This document shows, one piece after another, positions 52,673-63,364 of a stretch of DNA of 64,000 nucleotides. The position numbers and the translations under genes are program-made. Source of the stretch: Methanomassiliicoccaceae archaeon (GTDB lineage Archaea; Thermoplasmatota; Thermoplasmata; Methanomassiliicoccales; Methanomassiliicoccaceae); NCBI GenBank assembly GCA_963728405.1, contig CAVSJV010000017.1, positions 1-64,000 on the forward strand. The letters are read 5' to 3'. Each line of letters opens with the position of its first letter. Position 1 is the stretch's first letter. The notes beneath the pieces were generated by a model. The model searched no databases and was not told the DNA's origin. It saw only the letters and a list, made by a program, of their open reading frames with translations.

Positions 52673-53632
52673 ATGAAGACCCTTGCCGACCTGGGAGAAA
52701 AGGAGATCATCTCCCTGCTGCTGCGGGACATAAAGACCGATGTTGCAGTAGGGCCCGGGGACGATGCCGCGGCCATCGACCTGGGAGGGCAATATCTGGT
52801 CGCCTCCACCGATGTCGTTTCCCGGACCGCTCACCTGCCCAAAGGGATGACCGACTGGCAGATCGGGTGGTTCGCCGCCGCGGTCAATTTCAGCGACATC
52901 GCGGCGATGGGGGCCCGGCCCCTCGGCCTGCTGCTCGCGTATGTTCTTCCGCGGAACATGCCGTTCGAGGACCTCCAGCGCATCGTGCAGGGGGCGCAGG
53001 ACTGCTGCCGGTCGGTGGACGCGGAACTGCTGGGCGGCGACACCAAGGAGGGTGAGGAGATGGTCATCGCCGGCACCGCCCTGGGCCTGGTGGACAAGGA
53101 CAAGATACTTTTAAGGAAGGGGGCGAGGGAGGGAGATTTGCTAGCGGTCACCGGCCCCCTCGGCCTGGCCGCCGCCGGCCATATTGCCAGTAAGAAGGGC
53201 ATATTCGCCCCCCGTACGGTCAAGGCGCTGTTAGAGCCACAGCCACGGATCAGGGAGGGGATGGTCCTATCCGCATCGGGCAAGGTCACCTCCTGCATGG
53301 ACATCACCGACGGCCTCGCCTACTCGATCGGAGAGCTATCTCGCCAGAGCGGGTCGCACTTCGAGGTGAGGTGGTGCTCGATACCGGTCGGGGAGGACGT
53401 CCAGAAGGTCGCCGACAAGAGCGGAATGGCGGTGAAGGACCTGGTGATGCACTTCGGCGGCGATTACGAGCTTCTGTTCACGCTGTCCCCGGACGCGGTT
53501 GACGATCTCTCCGCCGCATTGAGAGGGCGGCTGCACGTCATCGGCCGCGTCAAAGGAGAGCAAAACGTTTTAATCACCGCAGGGAAGGTAGTTCCCTTGG
53601 ACACTAGAGGTTACGAGCACTTCAGGAGCTAA
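52673..53632 (+). CDS. thiL: Thiamine-monophosphate kinase
   Basis: LGE..II, GPGDDAA, NFSDIAAMGA.P, GGDT, R.GA..GD, MDITDGL, GGDYELLFT, GYEHF. Confidence 0.95.
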   Translation: MKTLADLGEKEIISLLLRDIKTDVAVGPGDDAAAIDLGGQYLVASTDVVSRTAHLPKGMTDWQIGWFAAAVNFSDIAAMGARPLGLLLAYVLPRNMPFEDLQRIVQGAQDCCRSVDAELLGGDTKEGEEMVIAGTALGLVDKDKILLRKGAREGDLLAVTGPLGLAAAGHIASKKGIFAPRTVKALLEPQPRIREGMVLSASGKVTSCMDITDGLAYSIGELSRQSGSHFEVRWCSIPVGEDVQKVADKSGMAVKDLVMHFGGDYELLFTLSPDAVDDLSAALRGRLHVIGRVKGEQNVLITAGKVVPLDTRGYEHFRS

Positions 53633-56008
53633 TGATGCACGAGGCCCGATTCTGGAAGGCGGAAGGAGAAAGGATCAGATGCCAACTATGCCCTCACTCC
53701 TGCAGCATCTCCCCATTGCGGAGAGGGATCTGCGGGGTCCGGGAGAACCGCGACGGCAAGTTGTTCAGCATGAACTACGGCAAAGTCTCGTCAGCGAACG
53801 TCGATCCCATAGAGAAGAAGCCCCTCTTCCATTTCTATCCCGGAGAGGAGGTCTTCTCCCTAGGCAGCATCGGTTGCAACTTCCGGTGTCGGCATTGCTT
53901 CGTCCCAGGGACCTTTGTGGTAACCAGAAGAGGTGCCCACAGCATTGAGAAGATATCAGACATCGGCAAGGACGAACTGTTAACTCATTCCGGACGTTTT
54001 ATGAAGGTCAAAGATGTCTTTGATCATCATTATTCTGGTCAAGTCTGCAGGGTGAAGGCAAGATATCTCCCTGAGATCGTTTGTACCCCAGAACATCATT
54101 TCCTTGCTTCAGTTCATCCTACTTCCGATGGTATCCAAAAGATCGAGGCTCAAAACCTAAAAAAAGGACAATATGTCGTGATCCCCAAGAGGAAAGCATC
54201 CAACGATATCGAGATGCTTGATGTTAAGTCCATTTTATCTAACTGTTAATTATTCTTCATTTAAGGTCCACAGAAGAATTGACCCCGATTTTATTCGCCG
54301 AATCATCGAAATGAAAGCCAATGGATTTACTTCTAAGCAGATCGGCTCTGAGGTTTCTTGGAACCCCTCTAACATCAGATCACTATTTTCGACTATCAAC
54401 CGCCAAGGTGTTGATTCTCTTTTTGGGGATTTTGAAAGTAAATTGGACGAAGAAAATGGTTTTGTTAGATTGTCGAATGGGCGCTATTCTATCCCTTCAA
54501 AGATTGAGATGAGCCCTAAACTAGCCCGTCTTCTCGGCCTGTATTGTGCAGAGGGCTGTGTAAGTAAGGAGTCTGAAAGGGCGAATTCGCATAGGGCTGT
54601 TTTTTCTTTTGGTCATTCCGAAGGCGATTTTGCTGAAGAGGTAAAGGACATCTGTCAAGCTGTGTTCGGCGCCGATGCCAGGATCTCAAAAGAAAAGACA
54701 ACTCTCCAGGTCCATGTAAACAAGTCCCTTATTGCGCTATTATTCAAGGAATTATGCGGTGCAGACAGTAAAGCCAAGAAGGTGCCTGATGTTTTATTCA
54801 ACAGTTCCACAGAGATAGTAGGTTCTTTCCTTCGGGGTTATTTCGACGGGGACGGATGTTATAAAAAGGACTACTCGGACGCCATCACGGTATCAAAGCC
54901 CTTAGCCATGGGCGTCTACGAATTGCTCTTGAATCAGGGCGTGGTCCCTGCATTCTATCAATATGATCCTTCAGAGAAGCGTCTGCTATGTGGCAGGGAG
55001 GTTAATCAAAGCACTGAATATATTATCAGAGTACCATCGGCGTTCGACTTTGTCCACGGAAAGTGGACCAAGAAGTACAAATCCTTCTATGTTGAGGATG
55101 CTAACTATTTCTTTGTTCCAATTAGGTCGGTTTCTAAAGATTCTTACGAAGGGGAGGTTTTTAATTTTGAAGTAGAGGATGATCACACCTACACAGCCAA
55201 CTTTGCAGCTGTGTGTAATTGCCAGAACTACACAATATCCCAGGCCTCCCTGAGTGAGTTGGTGCTGAGGGAGATTAGGCCGGAGGAAGTGTCGGAAACG
55301 GCCCTGGCCCATGGGTGCCGGGGCGTGGCCTTCACCTACAACGAGCCGACCATCTGGCACGAGTTCACCTACGACGCCATGAAGACGGCCAAGGAGAGGG
55401 GGATGTTCACCGTCTACGTCACCAACGGCTTCATCCAGGAGGATCCCCTCCGTGAGCTGTCCAGCCGCCTTGACGCCATGAACATCGATGTCAAGGGGTT
55501 CACCGAGAAATTCTATGGAAAGGTGTGCAAGGCGCCGCTACAGCCAGTGCTCGACGCCACCACCCTGGCCCATGAGCTGGGGATCCATATCGAACTCACC
55601 TATCTCATCATACCTGGCGAGAACGACGCCCGGGACGAGATCCGCCAGTTCTCGGAGTGGGTGGTGGACCTCGACCCCCGCATCCCCGTGCACTTCACCC
55701 GTTTCCACCCGGACTATGAGATGACCGACAAGATTCCCACGCCGATCCCGACGATGGAGATGGCCAAGGAGATCGGAAAGGAAGCGGGATTGCAGTTCGT
55801 CTATCTCGGCAACGTCATGCTCCCTCACGGCGAGGACACCATATGCCCGAAGTGCCATGCCCTGGTCGCGGAGAGGAGGGGCTTCGGCATCCTCAAATTG
55901 GAAGCAAAGGAGGGGCATTGCGCCATCTGCGGCCAGGACCTGTACATGGTCCAGAGAAGGGGAGAGGTGGCCCAGTCGGAGCATAGAAGGGAACAGCTCA
56001 AGAGGTGA
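53632..56008 (+). CDS. amrS: AmmeMemoRadiSam-system radical SAM enzyme (PflA-like) interrupted by an intein
   Basis: CQLCPHSC..G.CGVREN, DPIEKKPLFHF.PG, GCNFRCRH|intein|CQN..IS, AFTYNEP, NIDVK, HFTRFHPDY. Confidence 0.92.
53896..55219 (+). mobile_element. Intein with LAGLIDADG homing endonuclease (1324 nt; one extra base near 54241)
   Basis: Block A CFVPGT, block B CTPEHHF, LLGLYCAEG, FLRGYFDGDG, blocks F/G VFNFEVEDDHTYTAN..VCN|C. Visibly AT-richer than the flanks. Confidence 0.95.
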
Positions 56009-56011
56009 GCG

Positions 56012-56654
56012 GTGGAGGTCCACGAGCTGCATCGCCGCCTCGCCGAGCACTATGACCTCCCCAACTGGTGGCCAGCCGAGACCCCCTGGGAGGTGATGGT
56101 CGGGGCGATCCTTACGCAGCAGACCGCCTGGGAGAAATGTGGAGAGGGTGCTGGGCGAGCTGAAGCGTCGAGATCTCCTGAGCGTGAACGCCATCGTCGG
56201 CCTTCCCCTCGAAGAGCTGGAAGCGATCGTCCGCCCCGCCGGTTTCTTCCGGCAGAAGGCCAGGAACATAAAGGCCCTGGCCGCCTATCTTCAGATGCAT
56301 TACTCTTCAGACCCTCGATGCATCCTGTCCAAGGAACTGAACGAGGCGAGGAGAGAGCTCCTTTCCCTGCCCGGCATCGGTAACGAGACCGCCGATGCTG
56401 TCCTGCTGTTCGCCGGTAGCCGGCCCAAGTTCATAGCTGCAGTGTACGTGTCGAGATTGTTAAAGCGCCTGGGCATCTTCGATTCTGAGGATTACGCCGA
56501 GGTCCAGCGATTCATGGAGGAGCAGGTGCTTCCAGACCCCCGCCAGTACGCCCACCTGTACGCACTCATGGTCCATCACTCCCGGACCGCCTGCCGCTCC
56601 CGTCCGAAGTGCGAGGTCTGCTTCCTCCGGGGCGAGTGTGAGTTCAGCGAATGA
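56012..56654 (+). CDS. Endonuclease III-related HhH-GPD glycosylase, frameshift near 56137
   Basis: WWPAETPWEVMVGAILTQQTAW, IVRPAGFFRQKA, LLSLPGIG.ETAD, C.S.PKC..C.L...C. Confidence 0.9.
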
Positions 56655-57546
56655 ACAGGAAGAGCAGGTTACCGACAATGACCGAGAACAACAGCGAGGC
56701 CGCGATGGGTATCAGGAACGGTATCTTGGGAGTGACCCAAACCTCCTGCAGACCGGCGGCGGCGAGCTGGTCGAACTCGGCGGCGGTGAACTCGGAGCCC
56801 TTGGGGAAGACGCTGAACTTCAGCTCCCCGTTCTCGATGCGCTCCATGGGCCACACGAACTTGTTCTTGGCCTCGGCCACCGGCAGCTTGTATCCGAAGA
56901 GCATGGCCGGGAAGCGGACCTGGCCCCGGGTTAGGTTATAGACAAGCAGGAACACCGGCACGACGATGGTAATGACCGCCGCATTGAAGAGTATCAACAG
57001 CGGGAACGGCAACACGAACTGGGCAGCGTCGTAGGGCAGGTGGATGATCGGCAGCGTATCAATGAGGGGATACAGCGGGAACATGATGGCCAGGGCGATG
57101 AGGGCCTTGGCGTCCGCTCCCCCCTTGATGATGTCGAACTGGTAGAGCAGGATGAAGATCAGGAACATGATCGGTACGATCATCAGTTTCCAGAAGTACA
57201 GGTCGCTGCTATACTGGAATATCATAAAGCCCAGTATGGCGAACCCCAGGACGTACATGGCGAGGGGGATCGGATTTATGCCATCCTCGAACATCCCCTT
57301 CCGCTCCCAGAATATGTCCAGGAAGAATAGCCCGATGGGCACCAGTATCAGGAGGTAGGCCAGGTTCACTCCGTCATTGAGGATCTGTGCGGCCAGGAAG
57401 ACCATGCCCGCTGCTCCTATCACGATCCAGTAAAGGTCCGAGGCTTCACGGGTCTTCCAATCGGCGCGGGCGGCCAGGAACAGTACGGCGAAAGCGATGG
57501 CCACCATGAGGACGGAGGTCCAGTCCATGGAGGAGGCCAACTCCAT
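56644..57546 (-). CDS. A24-family prepilin/preflagellin peptidase (FlaK/PibD-like)
   Basis: AARADWKTRE, GGADAKAL, VWVTPKIPFLIP. Confidence 0.9.
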   Translation of the reverse strand: MELASSMDWTSVLMVAIAFAVLFLAARADWKTREASDLYWIVIGAAGMVFLAAQILNDGVNLAYLLILVPIGLFFLDIFWERKGMFEDGINPIPLAMYVLGFAILGFMIFQYSSDLYFWKLMIVPIMFLIFILLYQFDIIKGGADAKALIALAIMFPLYPLIDTLPIIHLPYDAAQFVLPFPLLILFNAAVITIVVPVFLLVYNLTRGQVRFPAMLFGYKLPVAEAKNKFVWPMERIENGELKFSVFPKGSEFTAAEFDQLAAAGLQEVWVTPKIPFLIPIAASLLFSVIVGNLLFLFIR

Positions 57547-57615
57547 GAGACATAAAAATCCTTTCTACACCCATATCGGGGAAGATTTTTGTAGCAGCAT
57601 TGAATCCGCCCATCG

Positions 57616-59148
57616 ATGAGAAAGAGCCTCACCCTTTCATTCGTCACCCTCCTGTTGGCAATTGTACTTCTGGCCCCGATCGCATCCGGGGCAGATGTCA
57701 ATGTCCTGGAAGTGAAGGACGGTTACGATAAGACCGTTCATGCCCCCGAGACCGTCTCCTTCACTTGGGTCGTTTTTAACAACGATACCGCACCATACCT
57801 GGTCCAGGTGGATGCCCAGATAGGAAAGGACTCCGCCGGGATCATACCCGCGGACATCAATCTGGGAATTGAGCAGAACTACTCCGCGCTGGGTCCGGGA
57901 GAGAGCCGTCAGATCATCATCCAGGTAACTGCTAGTAAGGCCGCGCAATCCGATGACTTCCCCATCTATGCCAATATCTCCTTCTCCAAAATGAGTGACC
58001 CCTCGCAGGTCGAGGTCGTCTCCGAGTCGGCTACGGTGCATGCAAAGGCGATGTTCGAATCATCGGGGAACAAGATCTTCGGGACCTGGGAGAACACCTT
58101 ACCCTCGCCATTCAATACCCTGATCTGGTCCTTCATCTTCACTATCCTGCTCTGGGTGGGCGTCGCCGGGTTGATCTACTTCATCGTGGACCCATTGGTC
58201 CAACAGTTCACCAAGAAGACCAAGACCGACCTAGATGATCGGATCATGGCGGTGATCAGGATGCCCCTGTTCGCCCTCATCGTCATCTTCGGTATCGTGG
58301 ACTCTCTGGCCATCCTCGACATACCCCAAGAGTGGCACATCTCCATCATGCAGATGTATCAGATCCTAGTGGCCATTATTGCCGCCTGGGTCGCATTCCG
58401 CATATTCGACAAGGTGGTGATCTACTACGCCGAGAAATGGGCCAAGACCAGCGACACCGAGATAGATGACGTTCTCGTTCCCCTGCTTCACAAGCTCGGG
58501 ATCGTCATAATTCCGGTGGCTGGAATTATGGCCGTGCTTAGCGTAATAGGCGTGGACGTCACCCTGCTGGTGGCCGGCATGGGAGTGATCGGTTTGGTAG
58601 TAGCCTTTGCCGCCCAGGAAACACTAGGCAACCTCTTCGCTGGACTCCAGCTGCTGATGGATCGGCCGTTCAAGGTAGGCGACATAATCAAGCTGGATTC
58701 TGGACAGGTATGCAGGATCGAGAAGATCGGGCTGCGGTCGACACAGATGTACAACACCTTTGACCACGACATAATCATCATGCCCAACAACGATGTGGCC
58801 AACTCAAAGGTGGAGAACTATTCTCGTCCGGACAAGCGTCACGAACAGTACGCCGAGGTCGGGGTCGCCTACGGCACCGACCTGGAAAAGGTCAAGAATG
58901 TCCTGCTTGGCATCGCCAATGACCACCCTGACGTGATCAAACAGAAGGACCAGATGCCATACATCAGAATGGCCAAGTTCGGCGAGTCCTCGATCGACTT
59001 CAAGCTGTGGTACTGGGTCGATCTGCCCAATATGTGGCGCGTCGCGTCCGATGTGCGCATGGCCATCGACAAGCGGTTTAAGGAGGAGGGCATCGAGATA
59101 CCTTTCCCGCAGAGCGTGGTCACCTTCAAGAACGCCCCGCCCAAGTGA
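57616..59148 (+). CDS. mscS: Small-conductance mechanosensitive channel with a secreted N-terminal domain
   Basis: AFAAQETLGNLFAG, DRPFKVGD, IGLRST, IMPN, VGVAYGTD, GIEIPFPQ. Confidence 0.92.
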   Translation: MRKSLTLSFVTLLLAIVLLAPIASGADVNVLEVKDGYDKTVHAPETVSFTWVVFNNDTAPYLVQVDAQIGKDSAGIIPADINLGIEQNYSALGPGESRQIIIQVTASKAAQSDDFPIYANISFSKMSDPSQVEVVSESATVHAKAMFESSGNKIFGTWENTLPSPFNTLIWSFIFTILLWVGVAGLIYFIVDPLVQQFTKKTKTDLDDRIMAVIRMPLFALIVIFGIVDSLAILDIPQEWHISIMQMYQILVAIIAAWVAFRIFDKVVIYYAEKWAKTSDTEIDDVLVPLLHKLGIVIIPVAGIMAVLSVIGVDVTLLVAGMGVIGLVVAFAAQETLGNLFAGLQLLMDRPFKVGDIIKLDSGQVCRIEKIGLRSTQMYNTFDHDIIIMPNNDVANSKVENYSRPDKRHEQYAEVGVAYGTDLEKVKNVLLGIANDHPDVIKQKDQMPYIRMAKFGESSIDFKLWYWVDLPNMWRVASDVRMAIDKRFKEEGIEIPFPQSVVTFKNAPPK

Positions 59149-59248
59149 GACGAAAAACCCTTTCCAACCCCTTCCTTTCTATTTTTAACAAGATATTTCT
59201 AAGCCCACGTCCATAAGAACGCTTCAGAAATAGCTCAGAGGCGAGATC

Positions 59249-59749
59249 ATGGACGTTACCACTGCCATCAGGACCCGGCGGAGCATCCGCAAGTACAAGA
59301 GGAAGGAGATACCGGAGAACGTGCTGAAGGAGCTTCTGGAGGTCGCGAGGACAGCCCCCTCGGCAGCGAACCGGCAAGCCTGGGAGCTCATCGTGGTCAA
59401 GGACCAAAAGCTCAAGGCCGAGTTGGTGCCGGCGTGCAAGAACCAGAAGTTCGTGGAGGATTGTTCCGTTTTCCTGGTCGCGTTGGAGGACCCCGAGCAG
59501 AAGTGGAGCCGGGTAGACGTGACGATAATGATGGACCACATCACCCTGGCCGCTCACGAAAAGGGGCTTGGCACCTGCTGGATCGGAGCCTTCGACAAGG
59601 ACAAGGTGGGAACGTTGCTCGGAGCGCCGGCTAACCGTACGGTCGCCGTCTGCCTCACCCTGGGATACCCCGACGAGAGCCCCGAAGCGAGACCGCGCAA
59701 GCCCCTGGAAGAGCTGGTCCACTATGACCACTATGGATCCCGACAATGA
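59249..59749 (+). CDS. Nitroreductase family protein
   Basis: RRSIRKY, APSAANRQ.W, GLGTCWIG, LGYP, RK. Confidence 0.93.
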   Translation: MDVTTAIRTRRSIRKYKRKEIPENVLKELLEVARTAPSAANRQAWELIVVKDQKLKAELVPACKNQKFVEDCSVFLVALEDPEQKWSRVDVTIMMDHITLAAHEKGLGTCWIGAFDKDKVGTLLGAPANRTVAVCLTLGYPDESPEARPRKPLEELVHYDHYGSRQ

Positions 59750-60066
59750 AGATGGCCCATGAAAAGGACATCGGCTGCGAGAAGCGGGCCGGACAGAAGG
59801 GTTTCGTCCATGTCTGCGACCTCCTCGACGAGGAGCACTTCCTCCTGGGAGTGAGATGGATCGATCCGGACTCGGTCGTACCGCAGAAGCCTCACCGCCA
59901 CCTATTAAAGCAGGCCAACTACGTCATCGAGGGCACCGGCACGGTCACCAATGGTGAGGAAACGATGGACTTCCAGCCAGGGGACATCCTGCTGATGGAG
60001 GGGGGCGAAGAACATTACTTCTCCACCGCTTCGGGCATCAAGATGATCGAGATCAGATACAAATGA
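59746..60066 (+). CDS. Cupin domain protein
   Basis: PHRH..QANYVIEGTG, PGD......EEH. Confidence 0.8.
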   Translation: MKMAHEKDIGCEKRAGQKGFVHVCDLLDEEHFLLGVRWIDPDSVVPQKPHRHLLKQANYVIEGTGTVTNGEETMDFQPGDILLMEGGEEHYFSTASGIKMIEIRYK

Positions 60067-60136
60067 CGAGCCTCGATCGTCACCTTTTTCTTATTTGATG
60101 GAGGGTTAATCTACATGGAGCTGGCATGCTTAGTCC

Positions 60137-60648
60137 ATGACCAGCGGACTGGTGGTCAGGGGTCACAGAATGGATATCTGGGCGTGGGTCGCTCTGAGAT
60201 TTGTGCTGGCTTGGATGTTGCTGTGGGCGTTCTTCGACAAGCTCTTCGGCCTGGGATATGCGACGCCCCCCGGCCATGCATGGATCAACGGGGTCTCGCC
60301 CACCACCGGGTATCTTAAATTCGGCTCCGGGGGGCTGTTCGGAGACCTGTTCCAAGGGCTGGCCAATAACGTCGCCGTGGACGTGGTGTTCATGGCCGCC
60401 CTGTTGCTGATCGGAGGCGCCCTACTCCTGGGAATCGGCCTGAAGATAACGGCCGTCGCGGGCTCGCTGTTCTTCGGGTTGCTGTGGTTGTCGAACTTTC
60501 CTCCGGCGAACAACCCCATCGTGGACGAGCACGTGGTCTACATCATCGTGGTCATCGGCATCGCTTTGGCCGGGGCAGGAAGATATCTCGGCCTAGGAAG
60601 AGATGGTCGGAGCTGGAGATGGTCAGGAGGCATCGCTTCCTGGAGTGA
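60137..60648 (+). CDS. DoxX/TQO small-subunit-like membrane protein, frameshift near 60600
   Basis: LRFVLAW..LWAFFDKLFG, SPT.GYL, NPIVDEH.VY, YLGLG, then RW..L..V in a shifted frame. Confidence 0.85.
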
Positions 60649-60701
60649 TGGGGGGGAGACCTTCGGCGAGGTTTATTATCGAGCGTCCGGATTTCATACT
60701 C

Positions 60702-61436
60702 ATGATGATCGGGGCGATGGGAGACGCCCACGGCGGGAAGTACTTCCAGGAGACCATGGTGGAACAGCTCAAGGGCGTGGACCTGCTGTTGCTGGCGGGG
60801 GACATCGCCGATAGCAACGACCTGGAGAGCTTCGATCGGGTCTGGCGACAGCTCAGGAGCTCGTTTCACGGCACGATCGTCGCCGTGTTCGGCAATGACG
60901 AGTACGAACAGGACCGGGCGGAGTACCGCGCCAGGTTCGACGCGGTATTCCTGGACGACGAGGTCACCGACCTGACGGTCGATGGGGTCAAGGTGCGGAT
61001 CGTCGGGACCACCGGACCCCTGGACCGGCCGACCTGGTGGCAGCGCACCCACATTCCCAACATATGGAGCAAGTACGGTGACCGGGTCACCCGTCTTGAC
61101 GCCCTTTTGGACCGTGGGGGCGCGGACCTGCTGGTCCTCCTGAGCCACTACGCTCCGACCTATCTGACCCTGGAAGGGGAGAGGCCCAAGGCCTTTCCAG
61201 AGATGGGGTCGAAGGCCATGGAGAAGGTGCTCCTGGACCGGGGACCGGACCTGGTGGTCCACGCCCATGCCCACAATGGCTCAAGGCACGCCCTACTAAA
61301 GGAGAAGCAGACCAAGCTGGACGGACCGACGGGCAGGGCGGTGCCCATATGGAACGCCTCGCTGCCGTTGGGCAAGGAGATCTCGAGGTTGGAGTTGACC
61401 AAGGACGGTGGATGGAACGTTCGGCTGCAGAGTTGA
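60702..61436 (+). CDS. Calcineurin-like metallophosphoesterase
   Basis: GDAH, LAGD, GNDE, SHYAP, HAHAH. Confidence 0.88.
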   Translation: MMIGAMGDAHGGKYFQETMVEQLKGVDLLLLAGDIADSNDLESFDRVWRQLRSSFHGTIVAVFGNDEYEQDRAEYRARFDAVFLDDEVTDLTVDGVKVRIVGTTGPLDRPTWWQRTHIPNIWSKYGDRVTRLDALLDRGGADLLVLLSHYAPTYLTLEGERPKAFPEMGSKAMEKVLLDRGPDLVVHAHAHNGSRHALLKEKQTKLDGPTGRAVPIWNASLPLGKEISRLELTKDGGWNVRLQS

Positions 61437-62373
61437 ACCGGACATCGCGCGGTCGATCTACGACGCCACGACCCAGATACCTCCAGGGATGGTCTCCACA
61501 TACGGTGATATCGCGGCGGCTCTGGGCGATCCGGTGGCGGCCAGGGCGGTCGGGGAGATCCTCTCGCGCAACCCCACTCCCATAGTGGTCCCTTGCCACC
61601 GCGTCGTGTACTCGACTGGCCGGACTGGCTGGTACGGAGGCCATGGGCAGGGAGCGGACAGGAAGGTCGAGCTGCTGCGGGCCGAGGGAGTGAGGATCGA
61701 AGATGGAGCGGTGGTCGACCTGGACCGGGTCCGATTCACTGGTTTCCAGATCGAGCCGGTGCTGCGGGACATTAAGGAGGAGCAGGACCGCGTCCGCGAG
61801 CAGGTCATCGAGGAGGACCGGTTCGGAACGCTGCAGCGAATAGCCGGACTGGACATATCCTATGCTGGCGAGAGGGCCTTCGCGGCCATGGCAGTGTATG
61901 ACTGGGCTACGGGAGAAATGATAGAAGAACGGACCGCCGAGAAGGTGGTTCGATTTCCCTACATACCCACCTATCTCTCGTACCGGGAGATCCCGGCCCT
62001 GCGACCACTGATCGACCGCTCGGACGATCTCATCTACCTGATCGACGGGCAGGGCGTGCTGCATCCGCGGGGAGCGGGGATAGCCTCGCACATCGGCGTA
62101 TGCTTCGACGTCCCCACCATAGGGGCGGCCAAGAGCTGGTTGGTGGGGCAGGTCCAGGACGACATGGCCGAGCGCTCTCCCATACTAGTGGACGGTCGGG
62201 TGCGGGGCTACCGGCTGGGGGGCGGGAAGAAAGGGACCTATGTGTCCGTAGGCCACCGGGTCTCCTTGGACACCGCCGTCACCATCAGCGAGCGGTTCCT
62301 CCATAAGGGCATTCCCCTGCCGCTGCGGCGGGCCCACGACCTCGCCACTGAGCTCCGGAGGTCCTCGGAATGA
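61408..62373 (+). CDS. nfi: O6-alkylguanine-DNA alkyltransferase / endonuclease V fusion
   Basis: IPPG.VSTYG.IA, ARAVG, VPCHRVV; then AGLDISY, FPYIPTYLSYRE, DGQG.LHPR..GIASH, GAAKS, YVSVGH. Confidence 0.92.
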   Translation: MDGTFGCRVEPDIARSIYDATTQIPPGMVSTYGDIAAALGDPVAARAVGEILSRNPTPIVVPCHRVVYSTGRTGWYGGHGQGADRKVELLRAEGVRIEDGAVVDLDRVRFTGFQIEPVLRDIKEEQDRVREQVIEEDRFGTLQRIAGLDISYAGERAFAAMAVYDWATGEMIEERTAEKVVRFPYIPTYLSYREIPALRPLIDRSDDLIYLIDGQGVLHPRGAGIASHIGVCFDVPTIGAAKSWLVGQVQDDMAERSPILVDGRVRGYRLGGGKKGTYVSVGHRVSLDTAVTISERFLHKGIPLPLRRAHDLATELRRSSE

Positions 62374-63258
62374 AGATAACGGTGTTCGGGGTCGGAGCGG
62401 TCGGCAGCGTCGTCGGGGGACTGCTGTCAAGGGGGCACCGGGTGACTTTGATTGCGAGGAGGGAGCATGTCAATGCCGTCAACGCTGGCGGCCTACGCCT
62501 GACCGGGGTCGTGGACGAGACCTTCCGTCCAGATGCCAGGACCTCAGTGGATGGCCTGGGCGAGCAGGACCTGGTCCTCATCACCACCAAGGCATACGAT
62601 ACTGCCAAAGCTGTCGAGCAGATCACGCCACTGGTGGGCGCGGGCACGCTCGTCGTCTCCCTGCAGAACGGCCTCGATAACCTCGAGGTCCTGAGCGACT
62701 CTTTCGGCCACCAGGCGATCGTAGGGGTCCCCTTCCTGGGGGCGACCTACCTAGGGCCGGGCCAGGTCCGGCTGGCCGGATTCGGGGAGATCGTCCTGGG
62801 CTCGCCGTCCGACCGGAAGGAGAGCGTCGCGCTCGTCCGCGAGGCCCTGGACAGCGCGGGTATGAACGCTCGCATTTCGGATGTTATAATCTCGGTGGTG
62901 TGGCTGAAGGCCATCGTCAACGCGTCGATCAATCCGATCACCGCCCTTGTCCGGAAGGAGAACGGCTTCATCCTCGGTTCCGAGGAGCTGCTCGAGCTGA
63001 GCCGGTCGGCCTGCCTGGAGGGGGCGAGAGCAGCGGAGGCCAACGGCATCACGCTCGGTTGCGACGACCCGTTCGTAAAGGTGCTGGAGGTGCTTAGGGC
63101 CACTGCCTCGAACCGCTCCAGCATGCTCCAGGACTGTGCTCCGCTCGAAGCGCACCGAGATCGACCAGATCAACGGCGCGTTGGCCGACCGGGGTGAGGC
63201 CATGGGAGCACCTATGCCGGTCAATAGGACATTGTGGGCCCTGGTCCGGTCCTTGTGA
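62370..63258 (+). CDS. panE: 2-dehydropantoate 2-reductase, frameshift near 63134
   Basis: GVGAVG, TTKAYD, LQNG, WLKAIVNASINP, NRSSMLQD, then RTEIDQING in a shifted frame. Confidence 0.93.
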
Positions 63259-63364
63259 TACACTTGCCGATGAAGACGAGGCGGCCTCATGTTGGGACCG
63301 ACTTCCGCGTTGCACCCCGATGCCAACCCATTTATAGCCCGGTCAGTATTTTTCAACGGAGAGC

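Noticed and set aside
54235-54250. Programmed frameshift or split intein at the intein frame break
   Set aside because: No slippery heptamer or separate start signal, and the window-wide indel rate explains it more simply.
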